A stretch of DNA of 45,879 nucleotides from a virus (lineage: Duplodnaviria; Heunggongvirae; Uroviricota; Caudoviricetes): the IMG/VR virus record IMGVR_UViG_3300001687_000020; one strand, 5' to 3'. The position numbers were made by a program, and so were the translations under genes. This document shows positions 16,834 through 27,000 of the stretch, piece after piece. The notes beneath the pieces were generated by a model. It did not search any database and was not told where the DNA came from. It worked only from the letters and a program-made list of their open reading frames with translations. The first letter of the stretch is position 1; the number at the start of each line of letters is the position of its first letter.

Positions 16834-17307
16834 CTATTTAGTCTCTTCGGGTTTCTTAGGATCTACCCAATTAATAAGGTCTTTTAAATTCCATAAGTCG
16901 GCTGGAGATAAAATACCCTTTGGAAGATCTTTTTTATTTATAGTAGGTTTTTTACATTTAAAAGTTGACTTTTTCTTCATCAACTCATCACCTTCAACTG
17001 AATACTCAAATGCCTTAGTTGGATCTATCTTAATAGTTCCATTGGGATTCATCAAATACTTTCCTTTATCATCTTGGAGGCCATATTTTTCTGATAGATA
17101 TCTATTAGCATTTTTAAATACTTCAAATACTCTTTCATATTCTCCTAACAGAGTAAACAAATCCCAAGATAACTCATTTTCCCAACTCTTATAATGAACT
17201 AAATCCCGAAATGATTGTTGAGAAAGAAATATATTGTTATCAACTTCAAATGACTCTTCTTTAACTTCTTTTTTGGATTCGGTATTCTTGGATTCTAATT
17301 CCTTCAT
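16834..17307 (-). CDS. Hypothetical protein (possible fibre chaperone)
   Basis: 157 aa; EKYG..D.KG...(I)LSPADLWNL pattern often found next to tail-fibre genes. Confidence 0.6.
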   Translation of the reverse strand: MKELESKNTESKKEVKEESFEVDNNIFLSQQSFRDLVHYKSWENELSWDLFTLLGEYERVFEVFKNANRYLSEKYGLQDDKGKYLMNPNGTIKIDPTKAFEYSVEGDELMKKKSTFKCKKPTINKKDLPKGILSPADLWNLKDLINWVDPKKPEETK

Positions 17308-17335
17308 TCCCTATTCCTTTCCTTCTTAAAAGTGA

Positions 17336-17926
17336 TTAAAATAATCCAGTTGACCAACTTTCGATTTGTGGTACTGAGCAAGTATAAACTAATACTCCAT
17401 GATTTACTATAATATCAGTAATATCTGAATTGTCTGTGTCAAAACGAAGTCTTATCCCCAATAAGTCTCTTGGGTCGACATTATTACCTACTTCTAAATA
17501 GTCTATAGTGAATATACTCCTATATTGCTTGTACTGAGGGGCTTGACCGATTACAGTTATATTATTCAAACTTTGATGTTTACAAGCAGTTTCTAACATT
17601 CCTTTATAATAAACTTCCAATTCAATCTCAACCACATCGTCAACTGCTCCTCCAGTATTATTTTCATCAGTTTCCCAAATTATTGCCATATATAAATTAG
17701 ATGTTCCATCCCAATCAGGACATATTAAACTAGTCCAGTATACATATTCGGTTGGAGAGTCCAAATTTAAACCACCAACAGAAGTGGCACTACATGGAAC
17801 AAAAGTTGGAGTTCCGCCAGTTGCTGCTCGGCCAAAACTCACATATTTACAATGGGTATAAACCCCAGGAATAGCAGACCTAATCATCCCACCCTCAAAA
17901 ATAATTCTTCCGTCATCTGATCTCAT
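17336..17926 (-). CDS. Hypothetical structural protein
   Basis: ORF track 17336-17956; likelier start ATG 17926 after GGAG; beta-rich, PDWDGTS motif. Confidence 0.7.
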   Translation of the reverse strand: MRSDDGRIIFEGGMIRSAIPGVYTHCKYVSFGRAATGGTPTFVPCSATSVGGLNLDSPTEYVYWTSLICPDWDGTSNLYMAIIWETDENNTGGAVDDVVEIELEVYYKGMLETACKHQSLNNITVIGQAPQYKQYRSIFTIDYLEVGNNVDPRDLLGIRLRFDTDNSDITDIIVNHGVLVYTCSVPQIESWSTGLF

Positions 17927-17946
17927 ATTTCTTTCTCCACTTAAAA

Positions 17947-20900
17947 TTATCCACAAAAACTAAAATATTTGATATTCTTTGCCCCACCTGATCTATTTTT
18001 TATAGCTAGTTGAGTTCCTGTATCCAAAATGCAATAATAACCATCAGTATCAGTAGTTACTATATTTCCTGAGGATTGAGCAATTAAAAATGGAACTGCT
18101 CCATCGGTAAAAGTTACTATTGCCCACTCTGCTCCTTCATTAAAGTTAACAAAAAGAAACCCTGAGAGACCATCAGGAAGAGTTATTGATGCCTCATCAT
18201 TAACACTCCCCTCAAAAGTAGGTAAATGTAAAGTTCCTCCAGCGGGTCTTAAAGTCAAGTTATAAGTATTATTTGTAGTGATAGTGAAATAGTTTAGAGA
18301 ATGACTATATGCTAAACATCCAGTTGTTTCTTGGTCAGTGTCACCAAAATAAATTCTAGAATTAGTGGTATTTGAGGCAATAATAGAAATTTGAGCATTT
18401 GTAGTTGCTGAGAAAGAAGCGACTGTAGCACCTAATAAAGCAGGTGGAACTAAAGTTCCTCTTCTTACTTCGAGCCTACATTTAGGTGATGATATTGCTG
18501 CCCCTATAACTATATTACCTGAGGAACCTTCAACCATCATACTTACACTTTGACCTAATAAAACGTCAACATCTGAAGCAGTCCCAAGATAAAGATAATC
18601 GTCTGCTGCTTCAGTCATTTGGATAAAAGCAACTCCTCCTGCGAATATTCGCATATCGTCATCTTGAAGCCTAATATAAGTATCACTATCACCATTATGA
18701 TAAATATATTCATTCAATCCCATATCGCCTAAGACATCTAATTCGTAAACTGGGTCACTAATAATACTAGTTCCTATAGCAACTCCATTCTGAGAAACTC
18801 TTAACTTTTCTGCCCCTAAAGTTACGAATTTATGGTTTAATTCATCATGGTTGAAAAGTATTATCGCTCGGTCATGACTAGTACTATCTCCAAAATAAAT
18901 TCTTCCTTCTCTTTCATCTTGTGAAGTAATTGCTATTCCTGTATTGTTTGAAGTAGGGCCTGAGAAATTAGCAACAATATCGGCAGATAAAGTTGAAGGT
19001 GTTACATAATTTGTGGATCTTACGTCTAAAGCAGTCACTGGAGCGAAATTCGCATTAGGTGAAATTGCCAATCCTGTATTTGATAAACGTGCTCTAGCAG
19101 TTCCAAGAATTGCAAATTCCATCCTATTTGTATTATGATTATGACCAATCCATCCTGCTCCTTGACCATCAGTATCACCGAAAAATATATATCCTGTTTT
19201 TGTATTTGCAGAAATTATACTAATAGATGCATCTGTAGCACCAACGAAAAGACCTACATTATATGCCGATAAAGCAGGAGGGGTTACCGCACTTGCAATT
19301 CTTACATCTAATGGTGAACTTGGATTTTCTGTAATTGCTAATCCTGGTTGAATTCTAATTCCGGATCCTGCCTGAAAACTAGCAATTGCCCCACCAGCAT
19401 CACCAAATCGAATATCAGTTGAGCCAAAACCATAAATAAAACATTTATCGTCCCAATTATCTCCTCTTCCGGTTGCCGCAACTCCAACTTCTAAACCATG
19501 AGAAGCATCATTTTCGACTTGTAAAGCTGCATATGCGGTATCTCCCGTATGGATATTATGAACTCTCAAAACATGACCAGTTGACCAATCTCGATAAAAT
19601 AAACCTGCTAAAGATGAGTAAGTTCCTCCCCAATCTTTTCCTACTACTAATGTCCCCTTATCAGTCATATCGAAAGTGAAGCATCTTTCACCTTCATTAT
19701 TCATCATAATTAACTTATAAGGTGGTTGGGTTCCTGGTTCCGCTTGCATTTTCATTCTTGCTATTTTATCTTCAGCTGACGCAGTTCCTGTATTCCAACA
19801 TGATCCTTTAAACTGAAGTTCATAAGAATCATAGTAATCACTTACTCCAGTAGCAATTCCTGTTTTCTCAAAAATACCAGTTTTCCAAAATCTAGTTCTT
19901 TGATGTTGAGTCCCACCTAATCCATCTGGATATGCTGAAATTTCAATATAAGCAGTTCCATCCAATTGAAGTAAATAAGAATACTCAGTTGCAGTTGAGT
20001 CAATAGGAACTGACATATCAAAAGCATTAACATTACTTCCTTGACCTAAAGTAAAACCTTCGATAACTGGAGTATTAAAAGTCATATTTCCTGAGGAACC
20101 TTCAATAAAAATAGCATTATTAGTTCCCATATATATGTCGACATCTTCTCCAGTTCCTAAGGCGCCATTTCCTATGTATAAAACATCTTGAGCTGTTTCA
20201 TACATATCAAAATAACATACAGATCCTGCGTAAATAGAAATTCTATCTGAAGCAAACTTTATCGCAGTATTTGGATCATCTAAATGAGCTATATATTCAG
20301 GAAAAAATGCCATTGGCAATCCAACAGTTCCTAGAGGGTCAAATCTTATTTGCTCATTACCATCATTATCATATAAACTTAGGTAATAAGGTTCGTTTGT
20401 GTCAGTTCCTGAACCTGCATTTAATTGCCAATACATTTGTCTTACTTCAGATTGGAGATTTGTTTCATCCCATACTTCTGCTTTATATACTAGTTTTCTA
20501 GAAGGATATTGATTTCCCGCTGTAGCAACATATGACGGTGGTAAAGTTATACCATCATCACCTATTCTTGCTCTTTGTTGATAAGTTCCAGTTCCATTAG
20601 CATGAAAAATAAAATCACATGGTTGCCCTGCTCCATCCCAAGTTCCTGTTGACACAACCGCAATCTGGGCACCAATAGTTCCTGTTGACGGATCGTCCGC
20701 TCGAAATCTTATAGCCCCTATAACCGTTCCATCTATCACTGCGTCATAAGTTCTATGTAAACTTATACTTGGTAATTCAGAGGTAGGATAATATCCTTTA
20801 ATTGAAAGAATGTCTGAGGAAGGGTCATTATCATTTATTCCTACATGTCCTACACTACTAACTCTAAAGTGTTCATATGCATTTACAGAACCTGGAAATT

Positions 20901-22335
20901 CGGTAAATATTGTAAATGCCCCACCAACTCTCCCAGTACTATCGAGATCGTCAACAGTAAATTCTACTTTTCCTAACCTAATCCAATCATAATCATCGTT
21001 AGCAGAATTTCTCGCCCAAATATTCCCTTCGATATATCCTGCCCTATCACCAAGATTTGGCTCTACTGGAGAATCAACGGTTCCTCTAGCTTTAAAGAAT
21101 TTTATATTTGCTCCTGCTGAAGAATCTTGATATCTATAAATGTATACATTTTCTGAGGAAGTATTTAAAACATTAAAAGTTGCTATTAACCCAGAACAAT
21201 CGTCATATCCAACACCTAATTTTTCTTTAACGCATAAAGTTTCAAAAGTGTTGGTTCCGGTGGTATCTATTTGAGTTAACAAATAGTCTAAAGCGTCTTT
21301 TACGGTCGCTCCAGTTACTAAGGAATCATTGGCAAGCATACTAGCGGGACGATATATTAAATTAGTTCCTGTAATTCCAGTTCCTGGGTTTAAAGCAGAC
21401 CATTGTATTCCTTCAACCACAGTTACCACGTTTCCACAAACAATGGTTCCACCCGCTAAAAGTCCTACAAAAGAATTAGGAATTGAGGTACTTGCCCCAT
21501 TAGAACAAGAGATTGCTTGAAGTCCACCAAGATTAAAGCAACTACCTAAAGATATATTTATAATCCCATTAGATGAGGAATTTATAACTGGACCAATTGC
21601 GTTTGCTCCTTGAGTTTGGCATGAAACTAAAATTAAGATACCATTTGTATGGGTAATAGTTGCATTATTACCAGTTGATTCAATTTCAGAATCAATTAAT
21701 TGACTTGTGGAAGTACTTGCGTAAGTTAAAGCGGTTCCATTAAGTCTGGACATATTAAAAACATAACCATCAATTTCAGCATCACCGGAAACCGTTACCC
21801 CGCCACTAGCTTGACAATCTGAAATCGTACATGCTCCATCAGCAAAAGTTAATGCTCCAGAAAAACTTATTCCTTGTAAAACACAATCGCCTTTATTAAT
21901 GGTTATATCACCAGATAAAACTACATTTCCTCGGGCACTTCCTCGGAGTGATACATTATGAGCAATATTCATATTTCCTGCATAAGTTCCTGGAGATAAC
22001 TCAATTGAAAACCCATCACCAGAAATAGCAGCAACTGCGGACGCAAAAGTCTTATATGGTCTTGCTCGGGAACCATTCTCTGTATACACATCAACTCTAT
22101 TACCATCAACATAAATAGTTTTAGTTACTCGACCCGAATAACCAGCATATGTATTTAAATTGTTTAAAGCATTAGTTACCGAGGCCCCCGCAACTCCCGA
22201 CGCATTTGTAATTGACCCACTTGGATGACATCCAGCAACGTCTCTTTCCAATAAATCATTATGTATAGTTACTCCGCCACCCCCACCTCCTCCAGAAGTA
22301 GACTCTGGAACGGTTCTATTTGGCTTTACTCTCAT
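17947..22335 (-). CDS. Long tail fibre protein
   Basis: 1462 aa; Gly-rich N-terminus, beta-helix-like region (NGSRARPYKTFASAV), repeated GIG..P...LDV and IYFGD modules. Confidence 0.85.
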   Translation of the reverse strand: MRVKPNRTVPESTSGGGGGGGVTIHNDLLERDVAGCHPSGSITNASGVAGASVTNALNNLNTYAGYSGRVTKTIYVDGNRVDVYTENGSRARPYKTFASAVAAISGDGFSIELSPGTYAGNMNIAHNVSLRGSARGNVVLSGDITINKGDCVLQGISFSGALTFADGACTISDCQASGGVTVSGDAEIDGYVFNMSRLNGTALTYASTSTSQLIDSEIESTGNNATITHTNGILILVSCQTQGANAIGPVINSSSNGIINISLGSCFNLGGLQAISCSNGASTSIPNSFVGLLAGGTIVCGNVVTVVEGIQWSALNPGTGITGTNLIYRPASMLANDSLVTGATVKDALDYLLTQIDTTGTNTFETLCVKEKLGVGYDDCSGLIATFNVLNTSSENVYIYRYQDSSAGANIKFFKARGTVDSPVEPNLGDRAGYIEGNIWARNSANDDYDWIRLGKVEFTVDDLDSTGRVGGAFTIFTEFPGSVNAYEHFRVSSVGHVGINDNDPSSDILSIKGYYPTSELPSISLHRTYDAVIDGTVIGAIRFRADDPSTGTIGAQIAVVSTGTWDGAGQPCDFIFHANGTGTYQQRARIGDDGITLPPSYVATAGNQYPSRKLVYKAEVWDETNLQSEVRQMYWQLNAGSGTDTNEPYYLSLYDNDGNEQIRFDPLGTVGLPMAFFPEYIAHLDDPNTAIKFASDRISIYAGSVCYFDMYETAQDVLYIGNGALGTGEDVDIYMGTNNAIFIEGSSGNMTFNTPVIEGFTLGQGSNVNAFDMSVPIDSTATEYSYLLQLDGTAYIEISAYPDGLGGTQHQRTRFWKTGIFEKTGIATGVSDYYDSYELQFKGSCWNTGTASAEDKIARMKMQAEPGTQPPYKLIMMNNEGERCFTFDMTDKGTLVVGKDWGGTYSSLAGLFYRDWSTGHVLRVHNIHTGDTAYAALQVENDASHGLEVGVAATGRGDNWDDKCFIYGFGSTDIRFGDAGGAIASFQAGSGIRIQPGLAITENPSSPLDVRIASAVTPPALSAYNVGLFVGATDASISIISANTKTGYIFFGDTDGQGAGWIGHNHNTNRMEFAILGTARARLSNTGLAISPNANFAPVTALDVRSTNYVTPSTLSADIVANFSGPTSNNTGIAITSQDEREGRIYFGDSTSHDRAIILFNHDELNHKFVTLGAEKLRVSQNGVAIGTSIISDPVYELDVLGDMGLNEYIYHNGDSDTYIRLQDDDMRIFAGGVAFIQMTEAADDYLYLGTASDVDVLLGQSVSMMVEGSSGNIVIGAAISSPKCRLEVRRGTLVPPALLGATVASFSATTNAQISIIASNTTNSRIYFGDTDQETTGCLAYSHSLNYFTITTNNTYNLTLRPAGGTLHLPTFEGSVNDEASITLPDGLSGFLFVNFNEGAEWAIVTFTDGAVPFLIAQSSGNIVTTDTDGYYCILDTGTQLAIKNRSGGAKNIKYFSFCG

Positions 22336-22426
22336 AATATCACTCCATTTATAGTAATCTTACATTAAAGTATAATTTTTTTGCCAACTGGACTTATAGA
22401 TAATTCAATGTAAAATTCTACTTTTT

Positions 22427-22849
22427 TTAAGTACTAATAGGTAAATAAGACATTCGTATAGTTATGGTTCCTGTGGCAGTAGTTGAGTTATTTACGATAT
22501 ACAAATATAATCTATTCGTTTCCGTAGAATCCCTATTCATAATAGTATAATTTCTAAAATCATTGTCGACAAATGATAAACTCTCATTTGTATAGGCTAA
22601 TACCTCATGAATAGTATTTAAAACGGAAATATCATTCATATCTAACATATGAACATCAAAATTTGTGGAATTACAAGCAACTGAAAATAACTTTAAATCA
22701 ATTCTTGTAATACTATTTGGAAGGGGTAAAATGATTAATTGAGCACTTGCTGAAGTTGCGTCAACCCCAGTTGTATCCTCCCACTCTGCAATGGTATATG
22801 GGGGAACACTTCTTGTTACTGCTGAATGTATAAGTCTTGCAGTTGGCAT
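22427..22849 (-). CDS. Hypothetical beta-rich protein
   Basis: 140 aa; RBS AAGGAG. Confidence 0.7.
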   Translation of the reverse strand: MPTARLIHSAVTRSVPPYTIAEWEDTTGVDATSASAQLIILPLPNSITRIDLKLFSVACNSTNFDVHMLDMNDISVLNTIHEVLAYTNESLSFVDNDFRNYTIMNRDSTETNRLYLYIVNNSTTATGTITIRMSYLPIST

Positions 22850-22885
22850 AATATAAGTCTCCTTTTCCTGAGAAAATGTACTTTT

Positions 22886-23368
22886 TTATCCATATATTTT
22901 TTCTATCTCTAAAAGAGACATTTCTGTATAGTTATGATTGGAATCTTTTAACTTTAACTTTTTAAGATTTTCACCTTCTCTATAGTCAACGTGGACCCAT
23001 CCATATTTAGGATATTCAAAAATAACAGTTCTGAAGTCCAAAGTATTATTAATAAATTTGACTATATCAAGTAAAGGAATATCACTATTCCAAGGTTCAA
23101 TGTCAGCTGCCTCACCCCTACAATGATTAGAATACTTTGAACCACCTATAAGTATGTTTAAAGCAACACTGCGAAAACCAGAAAGTATATGAATAGGGCC
23201 AAATTCATTTCTTATTGGTTGTAAAACATTTCTTGCTAATAACTCAATACTTTTCCATTGCTCCTCAGTAGGAGTATTATCTATATTATGACGAATAGCG
23301 GTTTCTGATTTTATAAACTCATAGTACTTAAAATTTGGGCATCCTGGGATTTTGGCATTCAGAATCAT
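22886..23368 (-). CDS. Peptidase M15 (Zn D-Ala-D-Ala/L-Ala-D-Glu type) endolysin
   Basis: SGFRS..LN..IGGS..SNHCRGEAADI and GWVHVD motifs; likelier start ATG 23368 after GGGGA (track start 23401). Confidence 0.9.
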   Translation of the reverse strand: MILNAKIPGCPNFKYYEFIKSETAIRHNIDNTPTEEQWKSIELLARNVLQPIRNEFGPIHILSGFRSVALNILIGGSKYSNHCRGEAADIEPWNSDIPLLDIVKFINNTLDFRTVIFEYPKYGWVHVDYREGENLKKLKLKDSNHNYTEMSLLEIEKIYG

Positions 23369-23510
23369 CTTTACAAGTCCCCATTTGTGAAGTTTTCTCA
23401 TCTGGTTTATATATATCTAATCCATCTTTCGACTGAATATTAGAGTTAGGATTTAAGTAATTACCGGGGTTATATACTTGAATATTGAAAAAACTATTGT
23501 TAATGTCCAT
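23328..23510 (-). CDS. Small hypothetical protein (60 aa)
   Basis: ATG at 23510 one base after the upstream stop, RBS GAGG; part of track ORF 23328-23582. Confidence 0.45.
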   Translation of the reverse strand: MDINNSFFNIQVYNPGNYLNPNSNIQSKDGLDIYKPDEKTSQMGTCKDDSECQNPRMPKF

Positions 23511-23511
23511 T

Positions 23512-23994
23512 TTACTCTTCCTCATCTTTTGTGTCATGAAAGAAAATATCTTTCTCTTTAATCTTTTTAGGGTCTTCTTCAATTTTTATCTCATTTTCAT
23601 AGTCGTTGCTTTTCTTCCTAATTTTCTCTCTTTTCTTCAATACTTTATGTAATTCTTGCGGAGTCAGAGTTGGATCCTCCCCACTTTCTTTTTCCTCAAG
23701 ATGTCTTAGGATTATCCAATCAGTATCAGATAATGTATATTTCGCTAATTCTTTTATAGCTTTAATTTTCTTTTCTTTAATCAAAGGTAAATCTTCTTCA
23801 ATAGGAACCATAGTGATATTTTTATCTACTACTTTTAGTATGAAAGGAAATTCGGGATTATTAAGTTTTCTAAATAACTCAGTATAGTGATTTTCTGCTA
23901 TCTGAATTGTATTTTCGGGTATTTCAGTATGGACTTCGGAGTCATAAAATCCTGCAAATTCTCCTGTTTCCTTATCATAAGCTAAGTATTTCAT
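23512..23994 (-). CDS. Tail fibre assembly chaperone
   Basis: MKYLAYDKETGEFAGFYDSEVHTEIPENTIQI and LSDTDWIILRHLEE motifs; directly downstream of the 1383-aa fibre; likelier start 23994. Confidence 0.8.
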   Translation of the reverse strand: MKYLAYDKETGEFAGFYDSEVHTEIPENTIQIAENHYTELFRKLNNPEFPFILKVVDKNITMVPIEEDLPLIKEKKIKAIKELAKYTLSDTDWIILRHLEEKESGEDPTLTPQELHKVLKKREKIRKKSNDYENEIKIEEDPKKIKEKDIFFHDTKDEEE

Positions 23995-24005
23995 ATTTTC
24001 TTCTC

Positions 24006-27000
24006 CTAGTATCCTATAATCATATAATTTATTCTTAAAGATTGAGCTGGGGCAGGCCAACCTTCGCCCGTGAAAAACTTACATCTATCATTGTATATAT
24101 CAGCAGGATGAACATTATTAGAATTCATATTTCCTCCACAATAACGACTCCAAGCAGAGATAGAAAGAACTTTATTAAAAGTGACTGGATAATATAATGT
24201 ATAAGACCATAGCTCTGCAAAGTCAACTGGGATACCCTGTTCTCCCCAAGCTATCATCAAACCATTATCCAATCTAGCATACCCAGTGTCTACATATAAT
24301 TGACTAACCCCACAATTTCTTCCTATTTCTTGCCAAATTCCTTCATAATTTCTTAGTCTAACTGATCCTCCAGTTGGAATTGTCAATGCTCTATCATTCA
24401 TTAATCTAATCTTAGTTGAGTCATTTTCTATTATTACATTCTTTTTACTAGCTAACGTAGGACTACACCCATTAGTAATAACATATGACCAAGTTCCTGC
24501 GGCTCCAGCAAAACCATTTGCGGTCACACCAGTTCCTAAAGCCCCACCATTTACATTATATGTTCCTGTCCATGAAGTCAAACAATATTCAATAGCAATC
24601 CTTCCTCCCCCACCTCCCCCTGATCCATAGGGATTAGCACTAGAATAACCAGCTCCACCATAAGCATTTATAACACCGGAACCACTAAATTTTCTACATT
24701 TTATATATATACTTCCACCCGACCCTCCACCCAGGCAATATGAAAATCCAGGATAACCATTGGAATTGAGAGTTCCGTTTATTTTAACTTCATTTGAAGC
24801 AATAATTATTAAAGCCCCTCCTCCTTCCCCACGAGTTCCTGACCCTGTGTATCTTTGTCCGCCTGAACCAGGATAAATTGGGCAAGTATTTAAACCATAA
24901 GTTGGTCCCGCTAAAGACCCTGGAACCCCACTAGGACCACCAGCTCCACCATGACCTCCTCCTGCTCCATAATGTCCTAAACCCCAACCATCATTATAAT
25001 CCCATCCAGCTGCAGTTAGGTCTACAGTTTGTCCAGTATTAATAATATAATTATTACAATATACAACCGTAACACCATTTGCCCCCAAACCACTCCCACC
25101 TGAGAAACCACAATCTATCATACTATTACAAATATATATTTGCCCTGCGGGTAAAGTTTCTGAAATATAATCAGGAACGTCTTCATAACTATTTAAAATA
25201 GTTACTTCATCTCCGTTAGTTCCTGGGATATCGTCAATATTTAAGTCATAAGAGATATTTTCTATTTTATAAAGTCCTGACTGAGTATCACCAAGACTTA
25301 AAAGATTTCCTATGTCCATTCCGAAACGATAAAGCTCAAAAAGGAAAGTTCCTGGACTATAAGCATTTTCCAGAACCCAACTTCCTGTTTTATTAGTATA
25401 ATATTTTAAGATATAGTTAAAATTATCAACATAGCAAAAATAAATATTATCTTCGGCATCTTTTGTTAAAGCGTAATGCTCGGGCGGGCCAGTAACAGGA
25501 GATGTTATATATGTTTTTTCCCACTCAAGAAGAGTGGGGAATGTAGCGTTAGCAGTTATAGATCTATTCGTACAATAAACTACACGTTGGGAAACTCCTA
25601 CATCTTCTATACTAAAAACGGTATGACAAAATCCTTCTTTATCACATACTATTGGGAAGTATATATCATCATTTCCTGGGGTAGGAATATAATAAGTTGC
25701 ATCAGTTATCCAAACTAAATTATTTACTACCCAAGCGCCCGTAAAATTAGTTGCATGGTATATCGTTCCATTCGTTGGTAACCAAATTATATGTACTTTT
25801 TTGTAATGATCAACGGCTATACTTGGACAATGGGAACTCCAAACAGGATAACCCCCAGCGACTACAGTTGTAGTACTCCAAGTTTCAAGATTAATAGTAT
25901 GTGTAGCGTATTTTACGTTTGCTGCATTATCAAGATAAGTTATATGCGGAATATTATCGATATCTATAGCTAAATCGACATACCATGCTCTGTGTGTCGA
26001 AGAAGTTTTGGTAATAGTTTGGACTGTGGTATTTTCCCATAATCCTCTTTTATTAGTAGCATACCATATCTTACTATAAGTATAGGTTGGGGCCGAATAA
26101 GAAACTTCAGCATACACCACATGTACAAATCCTGCATTATCAATCCTAATTCGTGGAGACATTACATAACCAGTTGGATACCCAGCGAAGTCAGCAATTA
26201 TTTCAATATCTGAGTTTACTCCATCTTTTCTATAAAAATATCTTAATTCACCAGAACCAAGATTTGTATATACATAATGAATATATCCATCTTTTACCGC
26301 AACATCATTCCCATAAGAGTTACTGGTAGCCACAGGAGTCGTTTCGCTCCAAGTTCCTTCTATTTTTTCAGTTATGGATGGACATGCGTTAGGAGTTCCT
26401 CCATCAAAAGAGAATGCTATAAAGGCTTGTTGATCCAAAGAAGTATCATCAATTACGGTATTAATGTTATTAGTAGCAGGAATATTACTTTCCATACAAT
26501 TTTTTATGTCATCCCAAGTTACATCAATTACATCAAAAGTTCCATCACTAAGTTTTCTTGCTTTTATTCCTGTTTTTATGGCATAAAAAGTACTACTTAT
26601 AACTACATTAGCGGACGAATAACAAGCGACTTTTTCGACCTTAAAATCGCCATCTTCTCCATCTTCGCCATTTTGACCTAAAACACCAGTTCCTCCATCA
26701 CCACCCGAAACCGTTGGGACAGAAGTAAATCCATAAGAATCGGTATATATGTAGAGCCTACCTCCACCCCCACCTCCTCCACCTTGTCCCCCAGTTCCAT
26801 GATCGCCTCCATCTCCACCGTCAGCCGCTATTGACCCACTCCCAGTTAAGACAGAGCAAACTAATTCTATACTTCCCCCGGAACCACCCCCTCCTGCTTC
26901 ATCGGTTCCACCTTTGGTTTGGCCTGCCTGTCCGCTAGCAACTAAAGTTCCATCAACATTTATGGTCCCAGAAGCATAAATATAGATTGCTCCCCCACCA

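Noticed and set aside
1755-26681. Many short ORFs in the track antisense to or nested in long late genes (e.g. 1755-1946, 2315-2521, 2424-2627, 2663-2968, 2686-2961, 3974-4228, 5619-5804, 7335-7553, 10763-11026, 13918-14199, 19473-21520, 23606-23887, 25476-26681)
   Set aside because: They overlap well-supported genes, lack SD sequences and have shadow-ORF composition.
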